Shown one piece after another: positions 21,757-31,461 of a stretch of 64,000 bases of DNA (the first letter of the stretch is position 1; every line of letters starts with the position of its first letter). Source of the DNA: an uncultured Desulfobacter sp. (GTDB lineage Bacteria > Desulfobacterota > Desulfobacteria > Desulfobacterales > Desulfobacteraceae); contig OY762069.1 in NCBI GenBank assembly GCA_963665095.1, forward strand, positions 1,824,001-1,888,000, read 5' to 3'. The notes beneath the pieces were generated by a model. It did not search any database, was not told the DNA's origin, and saw only the letters and a program-made list of their open reading frames with translations. The translations under genes were made by a program, and so were the position numbers.

Positions 21757-22194
21757 TTATTACCATTTCCACGGCCTGTTTGATTCCTGCCGGTCAATAG
21801 TATGTCTTTTGGGAGTATGTCTTTTGGGTATTATGTAACTGGTTGTGGTTGCACCTATGCCCATGTGTTTGGTTAAATTTGATTTGTTGAGCTTTAATCC
21901 AAACTTACTTTCCACTATCTCGCAAAGAAATTCGGTATTGTCTGTAGACAAAATATGTTGAACGTCCTTTTGCGCTTGGAAAAGCCAGGCAAAAAAGTTT
22001 TTTTCGAGCATAAGATGGGCGCTGTCTGGTCTATACCAACGGTCCGCAAAATCCTCATCAGGGTCCACTGGGTTCGGGACTTTGGGTCTTACAGGATTGA
22101 CGAATTCTCCCATCCTTTCCAATATACCCATCAGAGCGGGTACTACATCAGCATCCCCATTATATGCCCGTGAAGCCAATGTTGTGATAATTAT

Positions 22195-23511
22195 CAGTAG
22201 TGTCCGGTTAGGTTTTTGCTTGCGCTGTACTTGTGATTTTTTGATCTTTGACAATATTGTCTCTGTTTAAACCCTCAGTCGCACCCTGGTTCTGCTCGAT
22301 CAGATCATTCAAGATGGCTGTTCTTAGCTGTCGAACCCTTTTAACAGAAACCTTCTCGTTAAATTCGTCTCGGCAATAGATTGCCAGCAACAGGTACGTG
22401 ATGAGGCCACTAAGGATTTGCACCATGAGGCCATATTCACTACGGGCAATGAGGTGGTAAACTTTCAGGTGCTCTTTCCACCATTTGAAAAAATCTTCAA
22501 TGGTCCACCGGAGTTTATAAACGGTCGCTATTTGTTCTGCTGTTAAATCATGCCTGTCCGTTGCCACATAGTATTTCACACCGGCAATTTTATAGCCAAC
22601 AACCCGAACCGGCATTTTCGTCTGGTTTTGATTCGGAGTGCCAAGAAGAACCAGAGCGTCATAAAAGATGTAACTGTCAGCGTTGACTTCGTGAGTATCA
22701 ATTACCGTTCTGGTTGTTTTGGCTTTTATACGGCAAACAAAATGCTTGCCCTGCGCCTGAAGCAGATCAAAATCGTGATGTGATTGATAACCACGATCCA
22801 TGACACCAGTTTGCCCTTTGGAAAGTATCTTTGGAACAAAAGGACGCTCAGCTCCATTGCCCTCTGTCAGAAATATTTTGTTTGGAATGCCGTGATTAAT
22901 ATCAAATCCGCAATGTGCTTTGGCTTTCTTGCTTCCTTTCCTGTAGTTGGCCCAATGCATTGAAAGAACAGCATTTATAAGACTGCCGTCAATGGATACC
23001 AGATCGCCCAACTCAGCATGCTCCTTTGGTAGACACCCAACAGCCTGTTTATAAAGGTCTTCGAACAAAAATTGCAGTTGTTCAAGCCCTCGGTGGTTGA
23101 CTGCTTCGCAAAAGCTACTGCGGCTGATACCGCCTTCCGGAGCAATATGTTCTTTGGCAAAAATATTTTCCTTGAGATCTTGGACTAAATGCCGGGCTGA
23201 TTTGTGTTCCTGCAGATGGAAATAAATCAGGGCATTTATCTGGTCTTCGAATGTCATTTTTAACGGTCGGTCTCCTCGAGATTTCAATTCTGGTGCTTGT
23301 GGAAACGACCTTATCAGAGGGTCACGAAACTTGTCAAAATTCAGGGACTGTATTGTGGCTTTGGTAATTGAAATGCGCGTCATTTGGGCTCCTTGATAAA
23401 ATTTTTCAAGGCGCGCAAAAATTTTTACGCACATTTGTCAACATAAAAATGACGTTTTTTTGAATAATTTTAGATGTTTTTTATATGCAACAACCTAACC
23501 GGACACTACTG
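22195..23511 (-). mobile_element. IS4-family insertion sequence
   Basis: Perfect IRs CAGTAGTGTCCGGTTAGGTT; 9-bp target duplication GATAATTAT (22186-22194, 23512-23520). Confidence 0.95.
22208..23383 (-). CDS. IS4-family DDE transposase
   Basis: SIDGS, MDRGY and YKLRWTIEDFFK (YREK) motifs; RBS AAGGAG before ATG 23383. Confidence 0.92.
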   Translation of the reverse strand: MTRISITKATIQSLNFDKFRDPLIRSFPQAPELKSRGDRPLKMTFEDQINALIYFHLQEHKSARHLVQDLKENIFAKEHIAPEGGISRSSFCEAVNHRGLEQLQFLFEDLYKQAVGCLPKEHAELGDLVSIDGSLINAVLSMHWANYRKGSKKAKAHCGFDINHGIPNKIFLTEGNGAERPFVPKILSKGQTGVMDRGYQSHHDFDLLQAQGKHFVCRIKAKTTRTVIDTHEVNADSYIFYDALVLLGTPNQNQTKMPVRVVGYKIAGVKYYVATDRHDLTAEQIATVYKLRWTIEDFFKWWKEHLKVYHLIARSEYGLMVQILSGLITYLLLAIYCRDEFNEKVSVKRVRQLRTAILNDLIEQNQGATEGLNRDNIVKDQKITSTAQAKT

Positions 23512-24308
23512 GATAATTATGGAAATGGGTTTCGAGTCGGGATTTTTCTTGCTCCAGCTATCCCTATGTCTCTTTAGTAGCTGTATCACGCGCTGTAAAG
23601 GGGTTTTTCTCGTGAATAAAGGAACATCATCAATCTGGGCCTTTTCTAAAGCAACGACCGTTTGTTGTGGGTTCATTCGATATTCAAACCATTTGGCATA
23701 TCCTTCTGGATTACTAATATTCCAGTCTTTGCAGATATGCTTGAAGTCTTTATGCCGATCATCAGTAATTGAAACTGTTAATTCGGATGCTGAGCCTGCG
23801 ACAACATCATCCATTTTTGTTTCTATCAGAGACTCAAAAATAGCTTTACGCAAGTTTTCATCAGCAGGAATACACGGAACAATATCCATGTGAAAACTGA
23901 TCTCGTCCTGATATTCAAGCCGCCAGCAGCGATGTTTTGCTTCAAGTTTATTTTTGATACCACGAGCCTTCCGATAAGCCTCAAGCTCATCACCGATTAG
24001 AATTTTTAGGGCCTCTTGGGTATCGGAATCTTTGCGAACCCCCTCCTGGAGCTTGCAGGCAAGATCAAGATCATATTCTTCACTGTCATCTATGGGGCGA
24101 ATGGCTGTTCCTAATCGGAAAGACCCTTGTGGAAAAATATGGGGTTGATTTATCGAAACGGCTGATTCATCACGATCAAACCACGCCCCGAGATCTTCAT
24201 ATCTTTTACGGGCTTTATCATATGCAAAATCCGGCAGTTCCAGGCCTTCTATTATGTGGTTGAGTATGACTGCTTTCTGCTCATTAGTGACCAATATTTG
24301 TCTCCTTC

Positions 24309-25238
24309 TTATTTAAGAAACTGAATGAGAGCTGGGGATTCATGCGTGAAATCATGATCAGCTTTTGTTACGAGGTCGTCTATTTTTGACACATCATCCA
24401 ATGGCAATGGCAAATCGGATTCAAAGTCGATCCGCTTAATTTGGTCCGGTCGAAGTTGCAAATTCAGGTAATTCATTGCACTCTGACTCTGTAAGGATAG
24501 AATGAAATTGATAAAATCTTTGTTTTTCCAGCCATTGAAAAGCCCCCACTTGCGATGACGACTGGTTTCGTACATTGTTTTGGAATGACCGGTGCCAATC
24601 GTCAGGACCTGGATGTCATCTTGTTTTATTCCAAGGCGTTTTTGTGCATCAATAACTGCTGCCAATGCCGGATTATTAGCCCAAAGACCGCCATCAGCGA
24701 GAAGATAATGCTCAAGCTTAAACGGATCAAAGTAAGTTGGCGCTGCGCAGGAAGCCATTACTGCATCCTTAACCAATACCCCGTTATCCCGGGTGAAATC
24801 CTTGGAATAACCTGACTTCAAAACATGGACACACCCATTTCCAATATCTGTGGACGGCATCAGTAATGGTTTTTGGATTTCGCCTAAACATTTGTCCTGG
24901 AATGCCTCTTTAAGAACATTTTCCAGATATTGAGCACTATATATACTCTCAAACATAGGTTGAATCTTGTTTTTCAGTTTTCTTCCAGGCCAGTGCAATT
25001 TCTTTTTTTGAAAAATACCTGCACCATGTTTTTTGTACATTGTAATTACATCAGCCGGCTTCATGCCAGTAGCCAACCCGGCTGCTATAATTGAACCAGT
25101 GCTTGTCCCGGCTATCATATCGAACGTGTCAAATAAATTTATTTTAAGGCGTTCTTCGATACATCTTAGAATATGGGCGGGATAGACACCGCGAATCCCT
25201 CCGCCATCGATGCTCAATATCCTGAATATCTGACCCAT
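24309..25238 (-). CDS. Patatin-like phospholipase, CBASS effector (CapV-like)
   Basis: ILSIDGGGIRG, GTSTG, ADGGLWANNP; adjacent to the CD-NTase; start moved to ATG 25238. Confidence 0.88.
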   Translation of the reverse strand: MGQIFRILSIDGGGIRGVYPAHILRCIEERLKINLFDTFDMIAGTSTGSIIAAGLATGMKPADVITMYKKHGAGIFQKKKLHWPGRKLKNKIQPMFESIYSAQYLENVLKEAFQDKCLGEIQKPLLMPSTDIGNGCVHVLKSGYSKDFTRDNGVLVKDAVMASCAAPTYFDPFKLEHYLLADGGLWANNPALAAVIDAQKRLGIKQDDIQVLTIGTGHSKTMYETSRHRKWGLFNGWKNKDFINFILSLQSQSAMNYLNLQLRPDQIKRIDFESDLPLPLDDVSKIDDLVTKADHDFTHESPALIQFLK

Positions 25239-25248
25239 GCCCCCCCTC

Positions 25249-25482
25249 TTACTTTTTATCCTCTGGCGGGCATGGGTCATTACCATAACTGTTCCCGGCG
25301 CGAATCCTTCCGTTTTCACCATGAATTTTTGTATCTGACTTTTGATTTCTGGCGATACTTTCTGCAACTTTAATGGCTTGTTTCTGTGTCTGGGTCACTT
25401 TAGTTGCCTTTGTATTCCCTTCACCTTTGACGGCCCATCCATTCGAATGTTTTACAACATGCTGATTTTTACCTTTTGGCAT
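25249..25482 (-). CDS. DUF2188-family small protein
   Basis: NQHVV..GWAVKGEG..TQKQAI..A..IA..IHGENGRI..SYGNDP; RBS AAGGAGG. Confidence 0.8.
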   Translation of the reverse strand: MPKGKNQHVVKHSNGWAVKGEGNTKATKVTQTQKQAIKVAESIARNQKSDTKIHGENGRIRAGNSYGNDPCPPEDKK

Positions 25483-25636
25483 AATACTGCCTCCTTATAA
25501 TAGTTTTTATACACTGATTAAAAATAACACTTCAAAGTATAGTGTCAATATCAAAAAAGAGTTTTTTTTAAAAAAACATACTTTCTAATATCACAAAATG
25601 CCATTAATATCACATTAACGCATTTTTAATGATAAT

Positions 25637-25670
25637 TTTGACATGTATGACAACTTTATGGTATGTCAAA
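25637..25670 (+). promoter_or_regulatory. sigma70-like promoter overlapped by an inverted repeat (putative operator)
   Basis: TTGACA (25638-25643) and extended -10 TGgTATGTC; IR TTTGACAT-N18-ATGTCAAA. Confidence 0.5.
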
Positions 25671-25673
25671 GTC

Positions 25674-26825
25674 ATGGAAAATATAAAATTAAAATGTATA
25701 GGCTCAAATATCAGATGGCTAAGACAGCAAGATGGACTTACGATTGCAGAGTTAGCTTCTCGGGTCGGCATAAAAGCTGTTCCATTAGGAAGGATAGAAC
25801 GGTCTGAAAATGTTCCGTCAACGTCTGTTCTTTACAATATGTCAAAGGAATTCAAGATCCCCATTGATGCCTTTTTTTCGGAAAGCATAGAGAAACTTCA
25901 ATCATATAAACAAAAGGCGTCAAAACAGCCGACGCAGATTAATGAAAAATATTTTTTGGGGAATCTATCTCAGAATACCAAAAACATGGTGATAGAAATT
26001 ATTGAATCTATCAAGAATTTAGAAAAAATTTGCGAAGTGAAAAAACATGCAAATATTCCATTACTTATCCCATTTATTGAAGACAGACATGGAATAGAAA
26101 ACCTTGCCGCAAAAGTTCGTCAATATATGGATATCGGCAGTGGTATTGCCTTTGATTATTTTGAACTCTTCGAAAGAAAGGGGCTCAAAGCGATTTCGAT
26201 TCCATTGCCTAAAAATATTTTTAGTTTTTCCTATTATGATCACATCTATCAAAACGCCTTTTTTTTCATCAACTCGAAAACAACACCGGAACGACAAACT
26301 TTCAGTTTGGTATACGAATTAGGTCGCCTATTAATATCTTCTTATTCAATTCAGCGAGCCGAAGAGCTCTTTCCAGACGACGATTCTGCAGAATTCGATG
26401 AAAAACCGTTTACGGTTCACAGAGCAGCCCGCCTATTCGCAGCAAGCTTTTTGATGCCCAAGGTAAACATTCATAATACCGTCGCTCAATTAAATGTTAA
26501 GAAGAAAGGCTGGTCATACGAGTTATTGCTTCGGGTTAAGCATAGATATGGTGTTTCCGCTCAAGCATTGTTGATAAGGCTACAGGAACTTGATCAAATA
26601 GATAGTGCTATGGCTGAAATTTGTAATAAAAAATTACAAGCCTACTACGAGGAAACTGGATATAAAGAGCCTGGATCATCCAAAAAAATTTTAATCCCCA
26701 ATGGGAGATTATGGGATTTACTGTTAATTGGTGAAAGCATTGATGACAAAAAAAACGAAATTGAACAAATACGTGACATATTAATAAAATGGAAGCTTCC
26801 CAATAAAAACTGGGATGAAATTTAG
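25674..26825 (+). CDS. XRE HTH + ImmA/IrrE-like domain regulator (degenerate HExxH)
   Basis: IGSNIRWLRQQDGLTIAELA HTH; ERQTFSLVYELGR in place of HELGH; AARLFAASFLMP. Confidence 0.8.
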   Translation: MENIKLKCIGSNIRWLRQQDGLTIAELASRVGIKAVPLGRIERSENVPSTSVLYNMSKEFKIPIDAFFSESIEKLQSYKQKASKQPTQINEKYFLGNLSQNTKNMVIEIIESIKNLEKICEVKKHANIPLLIPFIEDRHGIENLAAKVRQYMDIGSGIAFDYFELFERKGLKAISIPLPKNIFSFSYYDHIYQNAFFFINSKTTPERQTFSLVYELGRLLISSYSIQRAEELFPDDDSAEFDEKPFTVHRAARLFAASFLMPKVNIHNTVAQLNVKKKGWSYELLLRVKHRYGVSAQALLIRLQELDQIDSAMAEICNKKLQAYYEETGYKEPGSSKKILIPNGRLWDLLLIGESIDDKKNEIEQIRDILIKWKLPNKNWDEI

Positions 26826-27078
26826 GCCCACAACAATTTTGAACCCTCAATAATTCAGGAAGTTCAGGTTGGGACAGATCAAAACGAGAAGACTGTCAAT
26901 CAAAGACAGAACTTGAAAATCGTCACAATTGTAAAACTAAGTTCGATATATAAACAACCAAAGATGATATTTCGGTGATAACGGTAGAATATGAATAAGT
27001 ATGGACCCAATCCCAACAAGCAAAAACTGAGGACTATATTCGAGATATAAATCTCAAAATGCCTATTTGATACCCCCA

Positions 27079-27405
27079 GACTATTATTAATATTCAATAC
27101 TTTGAGATTGCTTGTTTTTCAGGATTTTTGATATTGATAATGAGCGAGCCCTATTATTATCAGTCGCCCAAGCCGATTTAGAATCCGCATTCAATAACAT
27201 AAGCATTGTTTAGGGGGGGGGGGGGCAATTTCCCCCGGAGGATCATGTCAAAAAATCGAAATCTTTTGATTTTTATAATGTTGGTGGGAATGCCTGTTAT
27301 TTTTGCAACGTAATTTTTTGTCTCTTAAGGCATCTGCCCTGGTCGGGTATCCAGGTTCTCCATTCCCGGTTATATGCGGGGGTGACGCCCGACTCCCTGG
27401 CTGTA
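27079..27405. repeat. ~320-bp direct repeat, copy 1
   Basis: Near-identical to 30648-30966; differs by a few substitutions and by homopolymer lengths (G13 vs G6, A6 vs A5). Confidence 0.95.
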
Positions 27406-27603
27406 ACCAAGCGGGGTCATGCAGTTTTGATAGACCGCATAACTACCAACTTCTTCTAGTTGGCTTTTGACAAGTCTTCTTCCACGCTTAGGAGAAACTA
27501 TCTCCCCCAACGGCTTCCACGCCACCTCAACCCCATCCAGCAGTTTTTCCATAAATAAAGAAATCTTCTGTGTATTCCGTGTATTCCGTGGTTCCACACT
27601 CAT
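27406..27603 (-). pseudogene. hsdS: Type I R-M specificity subunit, N-terminal fragment
   Basis: FMEKLLDGVEVAWKPLGE.. is typical of an HsdS start; truncated at the repeat boundary. Confidence 0.75.
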
Positions 27604-28415
27604 AAGCTGCCGCCCTCCAGCCGTTGAATGCTGCTATCTTCGGTCAGCAGACGCATCTGATGAATGGCCGTATTATTCAGCAGCCTTAATCGTTCGCCCT
27701 GGGGAAGCGCCTGCTGGATCAAGTGCGCATTCAAGGTCTCGAGATTGGCCAGACACACCAGTTGAGAGACATTGGCGTAGTCACGCATATTCCCTTTTTT
27801 GTCCGGGTCTTCATTCCGCCATTGTTTTGCAGTTTTGCCAAACAGCGCCATATTGAGCAGGTCGGCCTCCGAGGCATAAACCAGGCTGATCTGCTGTTGG
27901 GTCAAGGCCGGTGGAATAAGGTTTTCTTTTACCGCATCGGTGTGAATCCGGTAGTTGATTTTGGTCAGCTGGCGTTTGACATCCCACCCCAGCTGTTTGT
28001 GCTCCGCCGCTTTGAGCCGCTGGAATTCTTTAACCAGATAGATCTTGAATTCGGCACTGATCCACATACCAAACTCAAAAGCGATATCGGGATGGGCATA
28101 GGTGCCGCCATAGCGCCCCGCTTTTGCCTGAATACCGATGGCATGGGTTTGTGCCACCCACTCTTTCACACTGATCTTATAGCTGTTTAACCCTGCCTGA
28201 CTTTTAATTATGGCGAATTCGCCCCAATTAAAATCGGGGTTGTGCACTCGCTCCCATATCCCAAGGTACTCAAGGGTATTACGGTTTCTCAGCCAGTCAG
28301 AAATAAAGAACGCACCATCTTTTGAACGCAGCATGTCGGTTAAGGAAATGTAATCCTCCTGGGTCACGCGGATGGTTTCATTCAGTACCGTGATGGTTTG
28401 CAGTTTTTTACTCAT
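27600..28415 (-). CDS. KilA-N domain DNA-binding protein
   Basis: DYISLTDM, WLRNRNTLEYLG, GRYGGTYAHPDIAFEF; lies between hsdM and hsdS. Confidence 0.85.
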   Translation of the reverse strand: MSKKLQTITVLNETIRVTQEDYISLTDMLRSKDGAFFISDWLRNRNTLEYLGIWERVHNPDFNWGEFAIIKSQAGLNSYKISVKEWVAQTHAIGIQAKAGRYGGTYAHPDIAFEFGMWISAEFKIYLVKEFQRLKAAEHKQLGWDVKRQLTKINYRIHTDAVKENLIPPALTQQQISLVYASEADLLNMALFGKTAKQWRNEDPDKKGNMRDYANVSQLVCLANLETLNAHLIQQALPQGERLRLLNNTAIHQMRLLTEDSSIQRLEGGSL

Positions 28416-28417
28416 CT

Positions 28418-29977
28418 CTATGCCCCCTCGATTTCAGCCACAATCGCATCAATATCCGCGCGCAGCTCATCAATCCTGGCCACGGTGGTTTTCAGTTCGG
28501 CATTGAGCCTGGTAATATCAATCACCTCGCGGGTGTCTTTGGCTTCGACATAGGAGCTGACCGACAGGTTGTAATCGTTTGCAGCTATCCGGTCGTGATC
28601 TACGGACTGGGCAAAGTGATCCACCTTCTCTTTGCTGTCAAAGACCTGCATGATCTGCTGGATATGCGTGTCGGTGAGCACATTGTTGTTGGTCTCTTTC
28701 TTGAACAGGGAGCTTGCGTCAATAAACTGGGTGGTGGTGTCGGTTTTGTGTTTGGACAGCACCAGAATGTTGACGGCAATGGTGGTGCCGAAAAACAGGT
28801 TGGGCGCCAGCGAGATCACGGTCTCCACATAGTTGTTATCCACCAGATACTGGCGGATTTTCTTTTCCGCACCGCCCCGGTAGAAAATTCCGGGAAAGCA
28901 GACAATGGCCGCACGGCCTTTGCCGGAAAGATAGCTCAAGGCATGGAGCACAAAGGCAAAATCGGCCTTGGATTTCGGGGCAAGTACACCGGCCGGGGCA
29001 AAGCGGTCATCGTTAATCAGGGTCGGGTCGTCTGCCCCTTTCCACTTCACTGAATAGGGCGGGTTGGAAACAATGGCATCAAAGGGTTTGTCATCGCCGA
29101 AATAAGGGTCGATCAGGGTGTTGCCCAGCCGGATATTGAACTTGTCGTAGTTGATGTTGTGCAAAAACATGTTCATCCGCGCCAGGTTGTAGGTGGTGTG
29201 ATTGATCTCCTGACCGAAGAAGCCCTCTTCAATGATATGGGCGTCAAAATGTTTCTTGGATTGCAGCAGCAGGGAACCTGAGCCGCAGGCCGGGTCATAA
29301 ATTTTATTGACACTGGTCTGTTTGTGCATGGCAAGCTGGGCGATCAGCCTGGATACATGTTGCGGGGTGAAAAACTCGCCCCCGGATTTACCGACGTTGG
29401 CGGCGTAATTTGAGATGAGAAACTCGTAGGCATCACCGAACAGGTCGATCTGACTTTCGTGGCCTTCATTGTAAAAATCGGCACCAAAATCCAGCCCGGC
29501 CACCCCCTTGAGTACAGCGGCCAGACGGGTGTTCTTGTCGGCAACGGTGTTGCCAAGGCGGTTACTGGTGGTGTCGAAATCGGCAAACAGGCCTTTGATG
29601 TCACGCTCTGACGGGTAGCCATTGGCGGAAGCTTCAATGGCGGCAAATATGGCGGCAAGATCCGTATTTAAGCCCTCATTGGTGTTGGCGCCTTCGGCAA
29701 TATTGGCGAACAGTTGGCTGGGATAGATAAAATAGCCCTTGGTTTTAACGGCATCATCTTTGATCTCGGCAGTGATCACGCCATCATCCAGTTCCGCATA
29801 GTTAATGCTGTCATCGTCGGCTTCGATGTAGTTGGCAAAGTTTTCACTGATGAAACGGTAAAACAGGGTGCCGAGTACATATTGCTTAAAATCCCAGCCA
29901 TCCACTGCGCCACGTACATCATTGGCGATCTGCCAGATCTGGCGCTGCAGTGCGGCGCGTTGTTGGTTGCCTGTCAT
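28418..29977 (-). CDS. hsdM: Type I R-M methyltransferase subunit
   Basis: [28 protein letters not shown]. Confidence 0.95.
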   Translation of the reverse strand: MTGNQQRAALQRQIWQIANDVRGAVDGWDFKQYVLGTLFYRFISENFANYIEADDDSINYAELDDGVITAEIKDDAVKTKGYFIYPSQLFANIAEGANTNEGLNTDLAAIFAAIEASANGYPSERDIKGLFADFDTTSNRLGNTVADKNTRLAAVLKGVAGLDFGADFYNEGHESQIDLFGDAYEFLISNYAANVGKSGGEFFTPQHVSRLIAQLAMHKQTSVNKIYDPACGSGSLLLQSKKHFDAHIIEEGFFGQEINHTTYNLARMNMFLHNINYDKFNIRLGNTLIDPYFGDDKPFDAIVSNPPYSVKWKGADDPTLINDDRFAPAGVLAPKSKADFAFVLHALSYLSGKGRAAIVCFPGIFYRGGAEKKIRQYLVDNNYVETVISLAPNLFFGTTIAVNILVLSKHKTDTTTQFIDASSLFKKETNNNVLTDTHIQQIMQVFDSKEKVDHFAQSVDHDRIAANDYNLSVSSYVEAKDTREVIDITRLNAELKTTVARIDELRADIDAIVAEIEGA

Positions 29978-30011
29978 CTATAAACTCCTGATTTAAGTAT
30001 TCGGCTTTGTT

Positions 30012-30206
30012 TTAATCATCTTGTTCATTGCCTGTGGCCGCGCCGCCTGATCGCACCCACTGGTCTACTTCATCTTTCTTGAATTTCCAAAGACGGCCGA
30101 TTTTGTGGGCGGGCATGCTTTTTTCGCTTATCCACTTATATACGGTATCTCGCTTGATTCCGAGATAGTCGCCAATTTCATCTACGGACAACCATCTGTC
30201 TTCCAT
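30012..30206 (-). CDS. Excisionase-like HTH DNA-binding protein
   Basis: MEDRWLSVDEIGDYLGIKRDTVYKWI..PAHKIGRLWKF; GGAG RBS. Confidence 0.85.
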   Translation of the reverse strand: MEDRWLSVDEIGDYLGIKRDTVYKWISEKSMPAHKIGRLWKFKKDEVDQWVRSGGAATGNEQDD

Positions 30207-30647
30207 TTTCAACTCCATCATTCTTTGAGGACCGTGCCATTTTTAAATGTCTGACGGCTCGTCAATTTGTTTAACCGGACGGCATCCCACAGGGATACAA
30301 TCCGGCTACATTGGGTTAAACAGGGTTAAGATATATAGATGAGATGAAAAAATCAATTTTTCTTTCCGGATATAACCGTGTCCAGCCGAATTCCTTCCCA
30401 TCTCAGTACCGTTAGAGCTAAATAGAAAAAGTGGCAAGGCATCCGACATGTTCTCCGGTTCTCCGGCAAGTAAGGCTCAAACAAATCAGAACACAGGAGG
30501 AAACTTTTGTCTTCCATGAAAAGGCAAGTCAAAGGCTATTTCAAAGCAGCGCTCAATAACAAAAGCATTGTGGCAGGGGCGTTTCAAATTTCACACCGCA
30601 GACTATGTCAACATCGGAATCCCTTCAATGATGGATCTAAAAGTACG

Positions 30648-30966
30648 GACTATTATTAATATTCAATACTTTGAGATTGCTTGTTTTTCGGGATTTTTGA
30701 TATTGATAATGAGCGAGCTCTATTATTATCAGTCGCCTAAGCCGATTTAGAATCCGCATTCAATAACAGAAGCATTGTTTAGGGGGGCAATTTCCTTCGG
30801 AGGATCATGTCAAAAATCGAAATCTTTTGATTTTTATAATGTTGGTGGGAATGCCTGTTATTTTTGCAACGTAATTTTTTGACTCTTAAGGCATCTGCCC
30901 TGGTCGGGTATCCAGGTTCTCCATTCCCGGTTATATGCGGGGGTGACGCCCGACTCCCTGGCTGTA
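30648..30966. repeat. ~320-bp direct repeat, copy 2
   Basis: Same boundaries as copy 1 (GACTATTATT...CCCTGGCTGTA). Confidence 0.95.
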
Positions 30967-31461
30967 TCGGGCATGAGCTGTGCCAGTTCCATATTCCCTT
31001 TGTCGGAAAACGGCATTGGGATTAAAGTTTGCTTTCAGCCTGGATCACCTCTTTGATGAGATCTGAATCCTCACCAAAGGATCTGGTATAGAGAAGACCG
31101 CTTTTGCCCATGGTGGAGTTCCTTGGTTCAGCTGATTTTTTGAAACAGGTTGATCGCCCCCGCCCACACACACATAATTACCACAGATTGCCCCTCTCCA
31201 TTGAGCTGGATTCGAAATTTGACTTTTGAAAAGTATTTAGTATTATGTATCGAACTCTATGTACTATTGCCTACGGAGTGGGTGCTTAATGCTCTTCAGA
31301 TATTGCCATTGAAGATATTGCTTGTTTGAGTTCTTGTAAATATTTAGTTCGTGTTGTATGAATTCTTTAACGGCAAAAGAGATACTGTGATTGCTTGAAA
31401 CGATTACCTCAGTGGAAGGGAATGAAAATACTGACACCGTTTAATTTAATAAAGGAGATAT

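Larger units (their letters stand above)
21760..24294 (-). pseudogene. CD-NTase (cGAS/DncV-like nucleotidyltransferase) interrupted by IS4
   Basis: QGSFRLGT..EYDLD, HMDIVP, SNPEGY. 24294-23512 joins 22185-21760 in frame (..KPISIII/TTLASRAY..NPVDPDEDFADRW) to give 402 aa; TTG start with AAGGAGA RBS. Confidence 0.9.

Noticed and set aside
21760..22254. Independent 164-aa gene
   Set aside because: Its start lies inside IS4; the rest is the CD-NTase C-terminal half.
27245..27313. Small hydrophobic peptide MSKNRNLLIFIMLVGMPVIFAT with GGAGG RBS (type I toxin-like)
   Set aside because: Frameshifted to 7 codons in repeat copy 2 (A5 vs A6), so it is not conserved; a homopolymer error cannot be excluded.
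27567..27595. CACGGAATA short tandem repeat as a CRISPR or iteron
   Set aside because: Only about 2.5 units of 9 bp, no spacers, and inside the hsdS 5' end.
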